Source: a virus
Virus record (IMG/VR): IMGVR_UViG_3300046002_007491
Span: 1 to 64,000 of that record
Reading direction: 5' to 3' (one strand)
Length of the DNA: 64,000 bases
Under the pieces are notes generated by a model. It ran no database searches. It saw only the letters and a program-made list of their open reading frames with translations, and was not told the origin of the DNA. The translations under genes were made by a program, and so were the position numbers. Shown here piece after piece: positions 54,931 through 64,000 of this stretch (within the stretch, counting starts at the first letter, position 1; every line of letters begins with the position of its first letter).

Positions 54931-57366
54931 TTAATCTTCTAATTCGAATATTTCTTCGTTGACTTCTTTAGCATTGAAATCAATTGGTTCCGCTGATTCT
55001 TGCTTTCGCTGTTTAATCATTTCTGAATTTCTAGTAGCTTCCGCAACCGAACGTTCATCTTTTCTGTCTTCAGCACTATTTTGTTTTTGAATTTGACCTG
55101 TAACTTCCAATTGCTTTAGTTGGTAATCTCCTACAAACTTCGCTTCATTTGTCTGTCTGTCTTCGTTCCCTTTGATTTGCTCTTTTTGAATTAGTCCTTG
55201 ATTAACCAATTCTTGTTTTTGCATTTCAATTTGTCCAATAATTTGCGCGGTCTGCTGACGAGCGCCTTCCGCCGCCTCTGCCGACTGAGAATTTGCTTGA
55301 GCCTGAGCCTGAATTTGTTCCATCTTAGCTTTCTCAACTTCCTTCATTCGCTTATCTCTCAAAATAGAAGCGTAATTTACAGCGTATTTGAAATTAGGAA
55401 TAGACAATATTTTGTATTTATCAGCAAAACTTAAAGTGCCATTTTGTATTTCAACCGACAAATCCGCTTCTAATTTAGCTTTTTCTTCAATGTCTAAATA
55501 CAAATCGATGAAAATTCCAAAATCAAATAAATGCAATTTCATAATTTCTTCCAAATCCATTACGGCGGTTGCACCAATTTTTCTTGCAAAATCTTCTTTT
55601 AAATCTGAAAATTTTAGCAAGTCTGCTATTCTGTAATTTACACCTTCGGCAGAACCTTTAATAATATATTTTTTCCCAAATAAAATGTGACGAGTTGCTA
55701 GATTGCTATTTAATGCGGCAAGTTTTTGAATACCTACCAAAGAGTCTTTTTCAGGAGTTGATGCGTCAGAAGCCTTGTTTAATCCAATAACATCTCGCAT
55801 TAAATTTAAGTAACCATCTCGCTCTATTCTTAATGATTGAAGTTTGTTTAGCGAATCTCCCGTTCTTAATTCAGTAATTGGTTTGCTGTACATCGGGTCG
55901 CCATTAGCGCCAAAACTTCTCGCAAAAATACTACCGGTTTGGAAGAACATATCGATAATATTTTGAGGACTGTAAACTGTACCGCCACCAAAATCTAATT
56001 CGGCAATTGCGTCTGGATCAATAATAAATCCATCAGGCTGTATTTTCTGAATAATCTGTTCGGCTTTTAACTCTAAAATATTCAATTTATCCTCAACCGG
56101 AATCATTCTAGCAACAAGCGAATCAATGTAACCTCTTTCTTTGTTTGGCGCTACACCTATGTATTGGTCAATTACTTTTTGCTTATTTGATTTCGGACGC
56201 GACATATTTTCAGAAACTTTCCATTCAAGCAAAATGTCAGTACCCAAAACTAACGCTCCTTCCATAAGTATTTCTTCCGCAACAGTTACGGTTTTGTACT
56301 TTCTAAAATCTTTTTTCTTATTTCCGTCTTTTGTGAATTCGCCAATTTCCTTAGAACCTGAATCTAAATCAATAATCTTTTTTACCCTATCTCTAGTAGT
56401 TTTATAGGTGAAGTAAAGGACATTTGTAGTTCCTTTTATTTGTTGGTCTTGAGTAATTCTATGGTAGTCCCACCATTGAACCGCCGAACTCGCTAATTGT
56501 TCTTTTTTATCTGCATTTCCTGGTTCGTTTAACCATTGATATTGTATTAGAACTTCGCTAATTGGAACAACTTTAAATTCGCCATGGTAAAAACAATCTT
56601 TAAAATAAGGGTCGTCAGTATATGATTGTATTTTGTTTTCCGGATTGACGTATTCTAAAACAATTCCTCTATCGTGGTAAAACTTATTTTTAACCCATGC
56701 AAGTCCACATACGGTCAAATCGGTTGTTATCTGCTTGTCAATAGTGTCTTCAAATTTGTTTTCTTTGAAAACTTCGTCAATGGCTAATTCTGTGGAAATT
56801 TCCATTGATTGCTTGTACTCCAATTGCATGTGCAAGTCTAACTCTAATTTAGACTCTGGAATTTGGTCAATTGGCAAATTACCTACATCAACACCCAACT
56901 TTTGTTGAGCAGCAATAATAAAATCTTTTGCGTATTGGTCGTCTTCAATTCTTTTTCTATAAGCAATTCGCTCACTTGTAGAGGCTGGGTCAATAGCGGT
57001 TGCTCTAACAGAATATCCGCGATCACACATTCCGTTTACAACAATATCAACTAATTTTGGAATAATAGAAATTGGCTTGGAAGATAAATTCAAAAATGAC
57101 TTATCGCCTTCAGATTCAAATTGCTTCATATACTGACGCATATCTTGAAGTCCTTTGGCGTACATTCTTCTTTCGATTAGCTGATTCCGTTGGGTGTAAA
57201 ATTTGCTGATTTGCTGATTTGCAATATTATAGCCGAAAAACCACTCACTAGTAACTGCTTGAGCAAGTCTAAGCCCCCACTCATGCGTTTTCTTTTCTTC
57301 AAATGGAGATAATTGGCTTGGAAAAGCCACCGTTGCAGATATAAATTCTTTATTGTTGTTATTCAT
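54931..57366 (-). CDS. Portal protein
   Basis: 811 aa after the terminase; PISIIPKLVDIVVNG, RDVIGLNKASDAS, Gln-rich C-terminal coiled coil. Confidence 0.88.
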   Translation of the reverse strand: MNNNNKEFISATVAFPSQLSPFEEKKTHEWGLRLAQAVTSEWFFGYNIANQQISKFYTQRNQLIERRMYAKGLQDMRQYMKQFESEGDKSFLNLSSKPISIIPKLVDIVVNGMCDRGYSVRATAIDPASTSERIAYRKRIEDDQYAKDFIIAAQQKLGVDVGNLPIDQIPESKLELDLHMQLEYKQSMEISTELAIDEVFKENKFEDTIDKQITTDLTVCGLAWVKNKFYHDRGIVLEYVNPENKIQSYTDDPYFKDCFYHGEFKVVPISEVLIQYQWLNEPGNADKKEQLASSAVQWWDYHRITQDQQIKGTTNVLYFTYKTTRDRVKKIIDLDSGSKEIGEFTKDGNKKKDFRKYKTVTVAEEILMEGALVLGTDILLEWKVSENMSRPKSNKQKVIDQYIGVAPNKERGYIDSLVARMIPVEDKLNILELKAEQIIQKIQPDGFIIDPDAIAELDFGGGTVYSPQNIIDMFFQTGSIFARSFGANGDPMYSKPITELRTGDSLNKLQSLRIERDGYLNLMRDVIGLNKASDASTPEKDSLVGIQKLAALNSNLATRHILFGKKYIIKGSAEGVNYRIADLLKFSDLKEDFARKIGATAVMDLEEIMKLHLFDFGIFIDLYLDIEEKAKLEADLSVEIQNGTLSFADKYKILSIPNFKYAVNYASILRDKRMKEVEKAKMEQIQAQAQANSQSAEAAEGARQQTAQIIGQIEMQKQELVNQGLIQKEQIKGNEDRQTNEAKFVGDYQLKQLEVTGQIQKQNSAEDRKDERSVAEATRNSEMIKQRKQESAEPIDFNAKEVNEEIFELED

Positions 57367-57388
57367 TGCGAATCGGTATATTTATCAA

Positions 57389-57396
57389 CAAAGATA
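57389..57396 (-). promoter_or_regulatory. -7 element TATCTTTG for the portal gene
   Basis: 23 bp before ATG 57366. Confidence 0.65.
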
Positions 57397-57438
57397 GAAA
57401 AAAAATATAGACTTATGTTTTGCGATAAAAATAATTTA

Positions 57439-57545
57439 TATCTTTGCAATGTAGTTACGGTTTGGCGACATAGTAACAAAAGCACACGCTTACGACCCTC
57501 GTTGAAGAAACAAATGCCAAACCTTGTTTTAGATTCGAGGGTTGT
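57439..57545 (+). promoter_or_regulatory. Promoter (TATCTTTG) and structured leader of the HNH-AP2 gene
   Basis: Two hairpins with complementary loops GGTTTGGC / GCCAAACC. Confidence 0.6.
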
Positions 57546-57565
57546 TTCGTTTAAAAAATTAAGAT

Positions 57566-58051
57566 ATGAAACAAATACCGCTTACTCAAGGAAAATTTGC
57601 ATTGGTTGACGACGAAGATTTTGAATTTTTAAATCAGTTTAAATGGCATGCTTATAAATCAAGAAATACTTATTATGCTGGTAGGAAATTAAGGCTTGGC
57701 GTAAACAAAAGGCAAATTATTATAATGCACCGTCAAATATTAGGATTAGAAGACCCTAGCATTAAAGGCGACCATATTGACCATAACGGATTAAACAATC
57801 AAAGGTGTAATTTAAGAATGGCCACAAACGCCGAAAATTGTAAGAACCAAAAGCCTAAAAATGGATATTCTTCAAAATATAAAGGTGTTTGTTGGCATAA
57901 AAGAGATAACAAATGGAATGCAACAATTTTTGCAGAAGGAAAGAAAAAACACCTTGGTTATTTTATTGACGAAATAGAAGCTGCTAAAGCGTATGATTCG
58001 GCAGCTAAAATTTATTTTAAAGAGTTTGCTTGTTTAAATTTTAAAGACTAA
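57566..58051 (+). CDS. HNH-AP2 homing endonuclease, inserted antisense between terminase and portal
   Basis: IPLTQGKFALVDDEDF, MHRQIL, DHIDHNGLNNQRCNLR, SKYKGV, AAKAYD. Confidence 0.93.
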   Translation: MKQIPLTQGKFALVDDEDFEFLNQFKWHAYKSRNTYYAGRKLRLGVNKRQIIIMHRQILGLEDPSIKGDHIDHNGLNNQRCNLRMATNAENCKNQKPKNGYSSKYKGVCWHKRDNKWNATIFAEGKKKHLGYFIDEIEAAKAYDSAAKIYFKEFACLNFKD

Positions 58052-60699
58052 TATGTTCTGATTTTAAAACCCAATGCTTTTCTTTCGGATTGCTGTGGCT
58101 TATAGCTTTTCCTATTGACTGCAACCAAGGCGTAGCCGGAAGCAATAGTAATATCGTAATCCGTACGTTTTCCCACATTGAATTTTGACCAATCTCTAAG
58201 CATTCTATTGAAAGGACAAGAGCCAATTTCGTTTTCCTCTCTTACCGGAACCAAATCATCACCTTGCTCGTAATATCCAACGTATTTGTTTACGTATGCT
58301 TCAATTGCCGTCCAATGTATGTTTATAACATCGGCACTATTTGACGGAATTCCCCCAAGCAATTTTTCAGTCGGCGAAAGTCTATTGGTTTCTTTGTCAA
58401 ATCGGCTAAGTGAAAATCCACGATAACCGCGATTCTTAAAATGATATAACATTCTTGCTTTGTTGCTTTCAATAAGAATAGGCATCCCATAAAAGACACA
58501 AGCTAACAAAGCGTCTTCAAAGAAGATTTCCGCTGTCTGTGGCCTAGCAATATATTCTAAAAAAAAGAAATTACTCGGAACGTTTTTCATAGAGAAACCT
58601 GTAACTCCTGAAATCGCTCCTTTAGACCCCGAATCATATTCAGACCCGTTTTCAGTATTTTCTAATTTAGCACCCGCCGTTGCGTCAATATCATACGTAT
58701 CAGCGCCAAAACAGCCTAAATCTTCGTTCAATGGATGTTTACTTCTGCCGCCAAATTGATTATTTTTTTCAATCCAACGATTTTGAAGTTCTTTTGGCGG
58801 CAACCAGGCAATTAAAAATCTTCCTTTATGATTTGGTCGCCAAACAACAGTTGTGTCCTTAATACCGCCTTCCCATTCGAAATTGCCACGAACTAATGTG
58901 TTTTCGATATCGATGTTTGTATTGTGATCAATTTGGTCGTTAAGTTTTTCAAGATTAAACAAACTGCCTTTTGCTTCATCGCGGAATGCTTCTTCAATAG
59001 TCATTGGATTAGCTCGAAGTTCTTCATTATAAAGAATGTCAGATTGCCTTCTTTTTTGTTTTCTTATTTCTTCCAAATACTGAATAGATCCTTTGGTTTT
59101 TTTTATTCCTTGCGCGTTGTAAAAATATCCGCAGTCTGGAACAACGGTATGACAAACGCCGTACTTATCAATAAATTCTTCCATGTTCTTGTGCGCTGGA
59201 AGAAAGTAAGCGTAAAGACCTGTTGTTGTTCTTTGAGAATCAACATCTCGTTTAGAAACTATTGAGCCATAGTACATTTTGTGAAACTCTAGGCCTCCTT
59301 TTGAGAAAGGGTTGACCGTCGATCCAACGTATATTTTCCCTACTATACGACCTCCGTTATTAATGGTTGGAGATACCCTCCCCCAATATGTTATTAAATT
59401 AAATGGAGGTAGCGGCTTGCTTGCTTCGTCAATTAACAATCTGAACATTTTTTGTCCGTCATAACTTGACTCGGTTGTGTTTCTCCAATTAAAAATTGTA
59501 TTCAAATAATCATCGGTGCTATTATCTTTTTTCTTCTTGGCTACTTTTGATGAATCTGAAGGTTTTGAAAATTCAACTTCTGTTTTGCTGTCGATTTTTC
59601 CTTTAATTACTGGAATGAAAAAAAACGGCAAATTTTGAATTCCATAAGTCAGTTTTAAAAACGCTTCTTGAGCATCAATACCTGTTTTAGATATAATTCC
59701 TAATTTTGAATTATTGGTTATGGTCCCATCATTTATAAATTCGCAAATAATTTGGTAAGTGAACCCCGTTCTTCTAGACTTACAAAATATTTCTCCGAGG
59801 CATCGCGCATCAATAGCGCACGCTCTAGTGAAATAAAACATATCTAATTGAGCGTAACGAAACCCCATAAAATTGCCATCGTCAAGCATTTTTACCCATT
59901 GCATCGCTAAATAGTGCGCTGGGGTAAGATAAACAGGCTCTCCATTATTCATAAACCATACGCCGGTTCTTCTCCTTTCGAATTCTTTCATTATGTAATC
60001 TACATACACATCTTCGTTATCAGGAGTCAATCCGCTTGGCAAATCGGATCTTCGCCAATATTGTTCTTCTTTTGGTAAATTTGAAAACAATATTTCTTTT
60101 TTAGCAGGAACTTTAGGCAGCATAATATTCAATCCGTCTAGAGTAATGACTTTTCCTTTAGTGCCTAAAGGGCAAATCATAACCGAATCAGTTGCTTCAT
60201 CATGCCATTCTTTATGATAATCTTTGGCGGGAAAAAATTCTTGATTGGCAAATTTCTCTACAAAACCCCTAGAAAATTCCCTTGATTTTAAATCTATTTT
60301 ATCAGCGTCTAATTGTAGTCGTAATTGTAGAACGCCTGAATTTATTTCAGATATTGCTTTGAAAATTAAAGGCTTTGCTTTTGCCGATTTTCCGTGGTTC
60401 TCAGGATCTACCTCATTTGGATCAATATCTTTTCTTAAAGCAAATCTTAAAACTTCAATAGCGCTTTCTCCTGCGTCTACTAAATCCTGAACGTATTTTC
60501 TAAGTTTTGTTTCTTTGGGGGCATTTAATGAGTTTTGCCAAGTAAGAATAAGCTCTTTGGCTGAAGCAAACGTATCAATTTTAGAAGACATTACCGCTTG
60601 TAGTTTTTCGCTTTTGACTTCTACAATATCTACATCAAAATTTAATACGTCAATACAGTTTGCAATGGCGTATTCAACATCTTTTGATAAATCTTTCAT
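58048..60699 (-). CDS. terL: Terminase large subunit with an N-terminal extension of about 150 aa
   Basis: KSRRTGFT Walker A, LIDEASK Walker B, FGADTYD nuclease motif, LIESNK, YDITIASG. Confidence 0.9.
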   Translation of the reverse strand: MKDLSKDVEYAIANCIDVLNFDVDIVEVKSEKLQAVMSSKIDTFASAKELILTWQNSLNAPKETKLRKYVQDLVDAGESAIEVLRFALRKDIDPNEVDPENHGKSAKAKPLIFKAISEINSGVLQLRLQLDADKIDLKSREFSRGFVEKFANQEFFPAKDYHKEWHDEATDSVMICPLGTKGKVITLDGLNIMLPKVPAKKEILFSNLPKEEQYWRRSDLPSGLTPDNEDVYVDYIMKEFERRRTGVWFMNNGEPVYLTPAHYLAMQWVKMLDDGNFMGFRYAQLDMFYFTRACAIDARCLGEIFCKSRRTGFTYQIICEFINDGTITNNSKLGIISKTGIDAQEAFLKLTYGIQNLPFFFIPVIKGKIDSKTEVEFSKPSDSSKVAKKKKDNSTDDYLNTIFNWRNTTESSYDGQKMFRLLIDEASKPLPPFNLITYWGRVSPTINNGGRIVGKIYVGSTVNPFSKGGLEFHKMYYGSIVSKRDVDSQRTTTGLYAYFLPAHKNMEEFIDKYGVCHTVVPDCGYFYNAQGIKKTKGSIQYLEEIRKQKRRQSDILYNEELRANPMTIEEAFRDEAKGSLFNLEKLNDQIDHNTNIDIENTLVRGNFEWEGGIKDTTVVWRPNHKGRFLIAWLPPKELQNRWIEKNNQFGGRSKHPLNEDLGCFGADTYDIDATAGAKLENTENGSEYDSGSKGAISGVTGFSMKNVPSNFFFLEYIARPQTAEIFFEDALLACVFYGMPILIESNKARMLYHFKNRGYRGFSLSRFDKETNRLSPTEKLLGGIPSNSADVINIHWTAIEAYVNKYVGYYEQGDDLVPVREENEIGSCPFNRMLRDWSKFNVGKRTDYDITIASGYALVAVNRKSYKPQQSERKALGFKIRTY

Positions 60700-60721
60700 T
60701 TAAATTTTAATTTAGAATATT

Positions 60722-60729
60722 CAAAGATA
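60722..60729 (-). promoter_or_regulatory. -7 element TATCTTTG
   Basis: 23 bp before ATG 60699. Confidence 0.65.
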
Positions 60730-60748
60730 TAATAAATTATTTGGCAAT

Positions 60749-60775
60749 AAAAAAGCCTCTCTATTAGAAAGGCTT
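60749..60775 (-). terminator. Intrinsic terminator
   Basis: AAAAAAGCCT...AGGCTT. Confidence 0.6.
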
Positions 60776-60797
60776 AATTTTTTGAATTGGCGAATTC

Positions 60798-61397
60798 TTA
60801 AACTACCAACAATCCAATTTTAATTGCGGCATTAAACGCGGCAGTTCCAACGTTAGTAACGGTTACTACAGCAGAACCCGAACCAGGCACTACAGTAATA
60901 ATTGCTTTTCCTGTTCCTGCAACCATATTTACCATTGATACGATATTTGAAGCAGTTGTAATTTTACTATTCGTAAAAGTAAAACTAAAAGCGGCATCAG
61001 CGGCATCGGTAAGCACTACGGTTGTAATAACTGTATTCAAAGTTTCTGAAGCTACAGCAGTAGTTTTAGACGTTATTTGAGTTACAGTTCCTTTGTCAGA
61101 AATCAAATCGTTTACAGACGCGTTTGACGGACCTGCTACTAAATTAGCTAAAGCTAATGAGAAAGTTTCGAAATCCGCGTAAGCAGTACTACCTGAATCT
61201 ACGAATGCGGTGTAAGGCAATGGATTTTTCCAAGGCACTTGTTGTCTGATTGGAGAATTTCCAATTGGAGTTGCTTTTGGTCTTAGGAATACTAAATTTG
61301 AAGGATTAACCTCGATCTCGTAATCGCCTTTCAAAAAGCTCACTGTACCGACTTTAAAGACGGTGCTTGACATTGAAGTCAATTTAATTGCTGCCAT
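60798..61397 (-). CDS. Putative structural (decoration/fibre) protein
   Basis: 199 aa, Thr/Ala/Val-rich; has its own promoter and terminator. Confidence 0.6.
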   Translation of the reverse strand: MAAIKLTSMSSTVFKVGTVSFLKGDYEIEVNPSNLVFLRPKATPIGNSPIRQQVPWKNPLPYTAFVDSGSTAYADFETFSLALANLVAGPSNASVNDLISDKGTVTQITSKTTAVASETLNTVITTVVLTDAADAAFSFTFTNSKITTASNIVSMVNMVAGTGKAIITVVPGSGSAVVTVTNVGTAAFNAAIKIGLLVV

Positions 61398-61427
61398 TTT
61401 GTTGTTTTTTTAATGGATTAATAATAG

Positions 61428-61435
61428 CAAAGATA
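61428..61435 (-). promoter_or_regulatory. -7 element TATCTTTG
   Basis: 31 bp before ATG 61397. Confidence 0.65.
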
Positions 61436-61444
61436 TAGAATTTT

Positions 61445-61993
61445 TTAATTCAAAACCGCCATTACTTTTTTATTGCGCACTAAATAAAGTTTTTCTCCAA
61501 AAATTTCAAATAGGTATTCTGAGAAACTGCCTAAAGCTAATCGCGCGCCTTGTATTACTCCTTGTGATTCCATTGTTGGGTTTACGTACTTGGCAAATCC
61601 TTGATTTTTTACAGTCTGTTTTCCAAGCCAAAAATCTTCTTCGACAATAGGTTCTACGAAAATATAATCATCGCTTGACATTATTTTACCATCGCGAACA
61701 ACTGCGTAAATAATATCGGGAGTTACGCCGAATAGATTGTCTTTAATAAAATTATCTGATTGTCTTGGAATTCCACGATCATCGAGAGTGATTCTAAAAA
61801 CGTTGTGTTGGACCACTACTAAATCGCCTTTTTTAATGAATCCAGAATAGGTAAGCGGCAAAGATTCAACGACTCCAATTCTTTGTACGTCTTCAGCTTC
61901 TTCTATGCTTGTGTTGACGATTAAATTGCCTATTTCGTTTATGTATTGCTCGTTGTTAATTGGCGAAATTATGAACTTGTAAGGTGCTGTCAT
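61445..61993 (-). CDS. GroES-like co-chaperonin (tandem GroES-like folds)
   Basis: IGVVESLP...IKKGDLVVV, YIFVEP...GEKLYLV. Confidence 0.6.
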   Translation of the reverse strand: MTAPYKFIISPINNEQYINEIGNLIVNTSIEEAEDVQRIGVVESLPLTYSGFIKKGDLVVVQHNVFRITLDDRGIPRQSDNFIKDNLFGVTPDIIYAVVRDGKIMSSDDYIFVEPIVEEDFWLGKQTVKNQGFAKYVNPTMESQGVIQGARLALGSFSEYLFEIFGEKLYLVRNKKVMAVLN

Positions 61994-62238
61994 ACGTCTA
62001 AAAAATATTCAACTGTCACTAAATTATTTTTAGGCTCGTCTTTCCAATGGAATACTTCATCGCCTTTTTTTAACCAAAGCTCATAATGAGTTTCGCATTC
62101 GTCTATTCGGGCTAAATTAAACTTCTCTGGCTTATTATCGATAGTGGCCCAATAAACCGCTTTTTCATCATTTACAACATAGTGGAAACGGTCTTTTACT
62201 TCCGCACCAATTGACAATTTTCTTATTTTTTGACTCAT
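61990..62238 (-). CDS. Hypothetical protein (IRKLSIG start)
   Basis: 82-aa ORF. Confidence 0.7.
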   Translation of the reverse strand: MSQKIRKLSIGAEVKDRFHYVVNDEKAVYWATIDNKPEKFNLARIDECETHYELWLKKGDEVFHWKDEPKNNLVTVEYFLDV

Positions 62239-62249
62239 TTTAATTTAGA

Positions 62250-64000
62250 TTAAACCATTACACATCTCTCAATAATTGTGGCCACACCGCCGATTGCAGC
62301 ACTTCCATTGTCAGCAGCTACAAAATAATTCCCTACCGTACCTAATGGTGTTCCTGTACCTGCGGTTTTAATTTTGTATTCGGTTCCAATAATAAGACTT
62401 CCTGCATTTACATCTCTTTTTAGCAAATAAGCGGCATTTATTGGTAGCGGATAAGTTTTAGCATTTTGTTTGCTAGTAAACATTATTAGGCTTTCAATAA
62501 AATTACCTCCGATTGTGTTTACGGCAGATACCAAATTACCTGTTGTTAAATCTGCTTTTGTTGTGTCAATAACACCAGTAGATAAAACATTTTCTGTGAA
62601 ACGAACATTCCATAAATTTGCCGATTCAAAAACATTTGTAATTGTTAATTGATAACCACTTATAGAATTAGTAACTTCTAAAGTTACCGTTGGAGTTCCT
62701 ATTTTTTTAAATAAATTGTCTGCCGACCCTGTATATGAAGAATTTTGCGATACATAAATTGGAATATACCCATCTAAAGGTTCAAAAACTATTCCCGAAT
62801 CTCTATTTGGATCTGAATATAAATTAAAAAAACTTGTTTCTGAACCACTAAATTTTCTTACTTGCCCACCTGTTTGATAAAAAGCTTTTAAATTTGTATT
62901 GATTGTGGTTCCTGTTCCTCCTGAAAGCAATTTTCCGTAAATGTCTATTCTGCTGTTTCCGACTACTTTGTAAACTCCTTGGTATTCCGCTCTTAGGTTA
63001 CAATAAATATTAAAAGTGGTGTTTCCGTCATTATTATTTGCAGGAGTTGTTACGCCAGAATTTATAATGTATTTACTTATATTGTTTGTCGCAGAATATA
63101 TAGTTCCTGTGCCTAGTAATTGAATGCTTTTAGCTGTTGCGTATGTTGTGCCTCCTGCATCGTTTCCACTATTATTGAATCCGTCTCCTTGAATTTGAAA
63201 AATCACGCCTTCTTCTACTTTTATAGTTACAGTAGAATTGTCTTGGTCAAAAGCTGTAGCATCATCTAAATCCAATATTAATCCAGATTTTTGAGACAAT
63301 ACATTTCCTTGAGCTACCAAATTTAAACCTGTATAGTTTAAATCTCCTTTTCCAGATGATGGATTTGGAAATATATGAGTTCCTTGATTGTTTTGAATTA
63401 TAACAATTTGCCCTATTTTTTCAGGAGCCAATCTTGTTCCACTTCCTACATAAGCATCCAAAGCATTTTGAATAGCGGTATTTGCTGTATCGGTAAAAGC
63501 AGTTGTCGTTGTATAGTTTCTACTATCTGTAAAAGGTTTTGAAAGCGTTCCTTCTCCTTTGTATAAAAAAGATGGATTCGAAATTAAATTTCCACCGCCA
63601 TTAACCCAATCATCATAAGTTGGCTTGTAAAGGTTGTTTACATATAGCCCAGGAATAGATGCTGTATCAGGAACTTCTATTAAAACATTTCCTGTTTCTA
63701 CTAACGACACTACTTCTTTTGTAATGTTTAAAGTTGTAGATTTTAAATTGTAAAATTCGTCTACTTTAGAAGTTGCGTTAAGCCCTTTGTAAATCTGAAT
63801 TCCATTTCCTAAATTAACTCCTGCTTTCTTTTCAAAATTTACTCCATCAGTTTCAATAGTTACATCAAATCCTACCGACTTTGCTTTTCTAAATTCGTGC
63901 AATTTAGAAGTTGCATTAAGTCCTTTGTAGATATTTACTCCATCAACCCCAACATTAACACCTGCTTTGCTTTCAATTACAGTATTTTGTCCGTCAATAG
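62250..64000 (-). CDS. Tail fibre/spike-like protein, 5' end beyond the window edge
   Basis: Frame stays open from 63902 to the window end; repeated KAGVN..G...IYKGLNATSK..EF; Gly/Thr/Asn-rich beta-helix-like body. Confidence 0.7.
   Translation of the reverse strand, partial: IDGQNTVIESKAGVNVGVDGVNIYKGLNATSKLHEFRKAKSVGFDVTIETDGVNFEKKAGVNLGNGIQIYKGLNATSKVDEFYNLKSTTLNITKEVVSLVETGNVLIEVPDTASIPGLYVNNLYKPTYDDWVNGGGNLISNPSFLYKGEGTLSKPFTDSRNYTTTTAFTDTANTAIQNALDAYVGSGTRLAPEKIGQIVIIQNNQGTHIFPNPSSGKGDLNYTGLNLVAQGNVLSQKSGLILDLDDATAFDQDNSTVTIKVEEGVIFQIQGDGFNNSGNDAGGTTYATAKSIQLLGTGTIYSATNNISKYIINSGVTTPANNNDGNTTFNIYCNLRAEYQGVYKVVGNSRIDIYGKLLSGGTGTTINTNLKAFYQTGGQVRKFSGSETSFFNLYSDPNRDSGIVFEPLDGYIPIYVSQNSSYTGSADNLFKKIGTPTVTLEVTNSISGYQLTITNVFESANLWNVRFTENVLSTGVIDTTKADLTTGNLVSAVNTIGGNFIESLIMFTSKQNAKTYPLPINAAYLLKRDVNAGSLIIGTEYKIKTAGTGTPLGTVGNYFVAADNGSAAIGGVATIIERCVMV

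Noticed and set aside
49016-58051. HNH genes as group I intron ORFs
   Set aside because: Both are intergenic, and flanking genes are complete and uninterrupted
34958-62652. Many short + strand ORFs inside structural genes
   Set aside because: Antisense shadows; only 57566..58051 has recognisable domains
33157-64000. Stop-codon reassignment as in some crAss-like phages
   Set aside because: Genes are long and tightly packed in the standard bacterial code
1-64000. tRNA, rRNA, reverse transcriptase/DGR or transposase genes
   Set aside because: None recognised by eye; tRNAscan and HMM searches would be needed to exclude them

Overview
The window is about 64 kb of an AT-rich temperate Bacteroidota phage genome, probably infecting Flavobacteriaceae; both ends cut through genes. 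All identifications come from reading the sequence by eye, with no database searches. Layout: small leftward genes (1-4.1 kb); a non-coding strand-switch region with repeats (4.1-5.3 kb); small rightward early-type genes (5.3-12.9 kb); two tyrosine recombinases and a cassette array (13.5-19.3 kb); a lambdoid-style recombination/replication module (RecT, YqaJ exonuclease, SSB, initiator, DnaB, two DNA methyltransferases, NinG; 19.5-33.1 kb); and a leftward podovirus/crAss-related morphogenesis module (3023-aa giant protein, ejection proteins, tail, major capsid, scaffold, portal, terminase, GroES-like, fibre; 33.1-64 kb). Main result: the phage carries an integron-like gene-cassette system. An IntI-like recombinase that lacks the canonical IntI insertion (14785-15588) sits beside an attI-like site and 8 cassettes with attC-like hairpins (15640-19289). 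Two satellite arrays (1619-2582, 2 cassettes; 28250-31367, 3 cassettes including both methyltransferases) start at related attI-like sites. In all 13 cassettes the first 8-10 or more bases are the reverse complement of the R'' end of that cassette's own attC, the signature of insertion as circles. Every cassette ORF is inverted relative to classical integrons and aligned with phage transcription.
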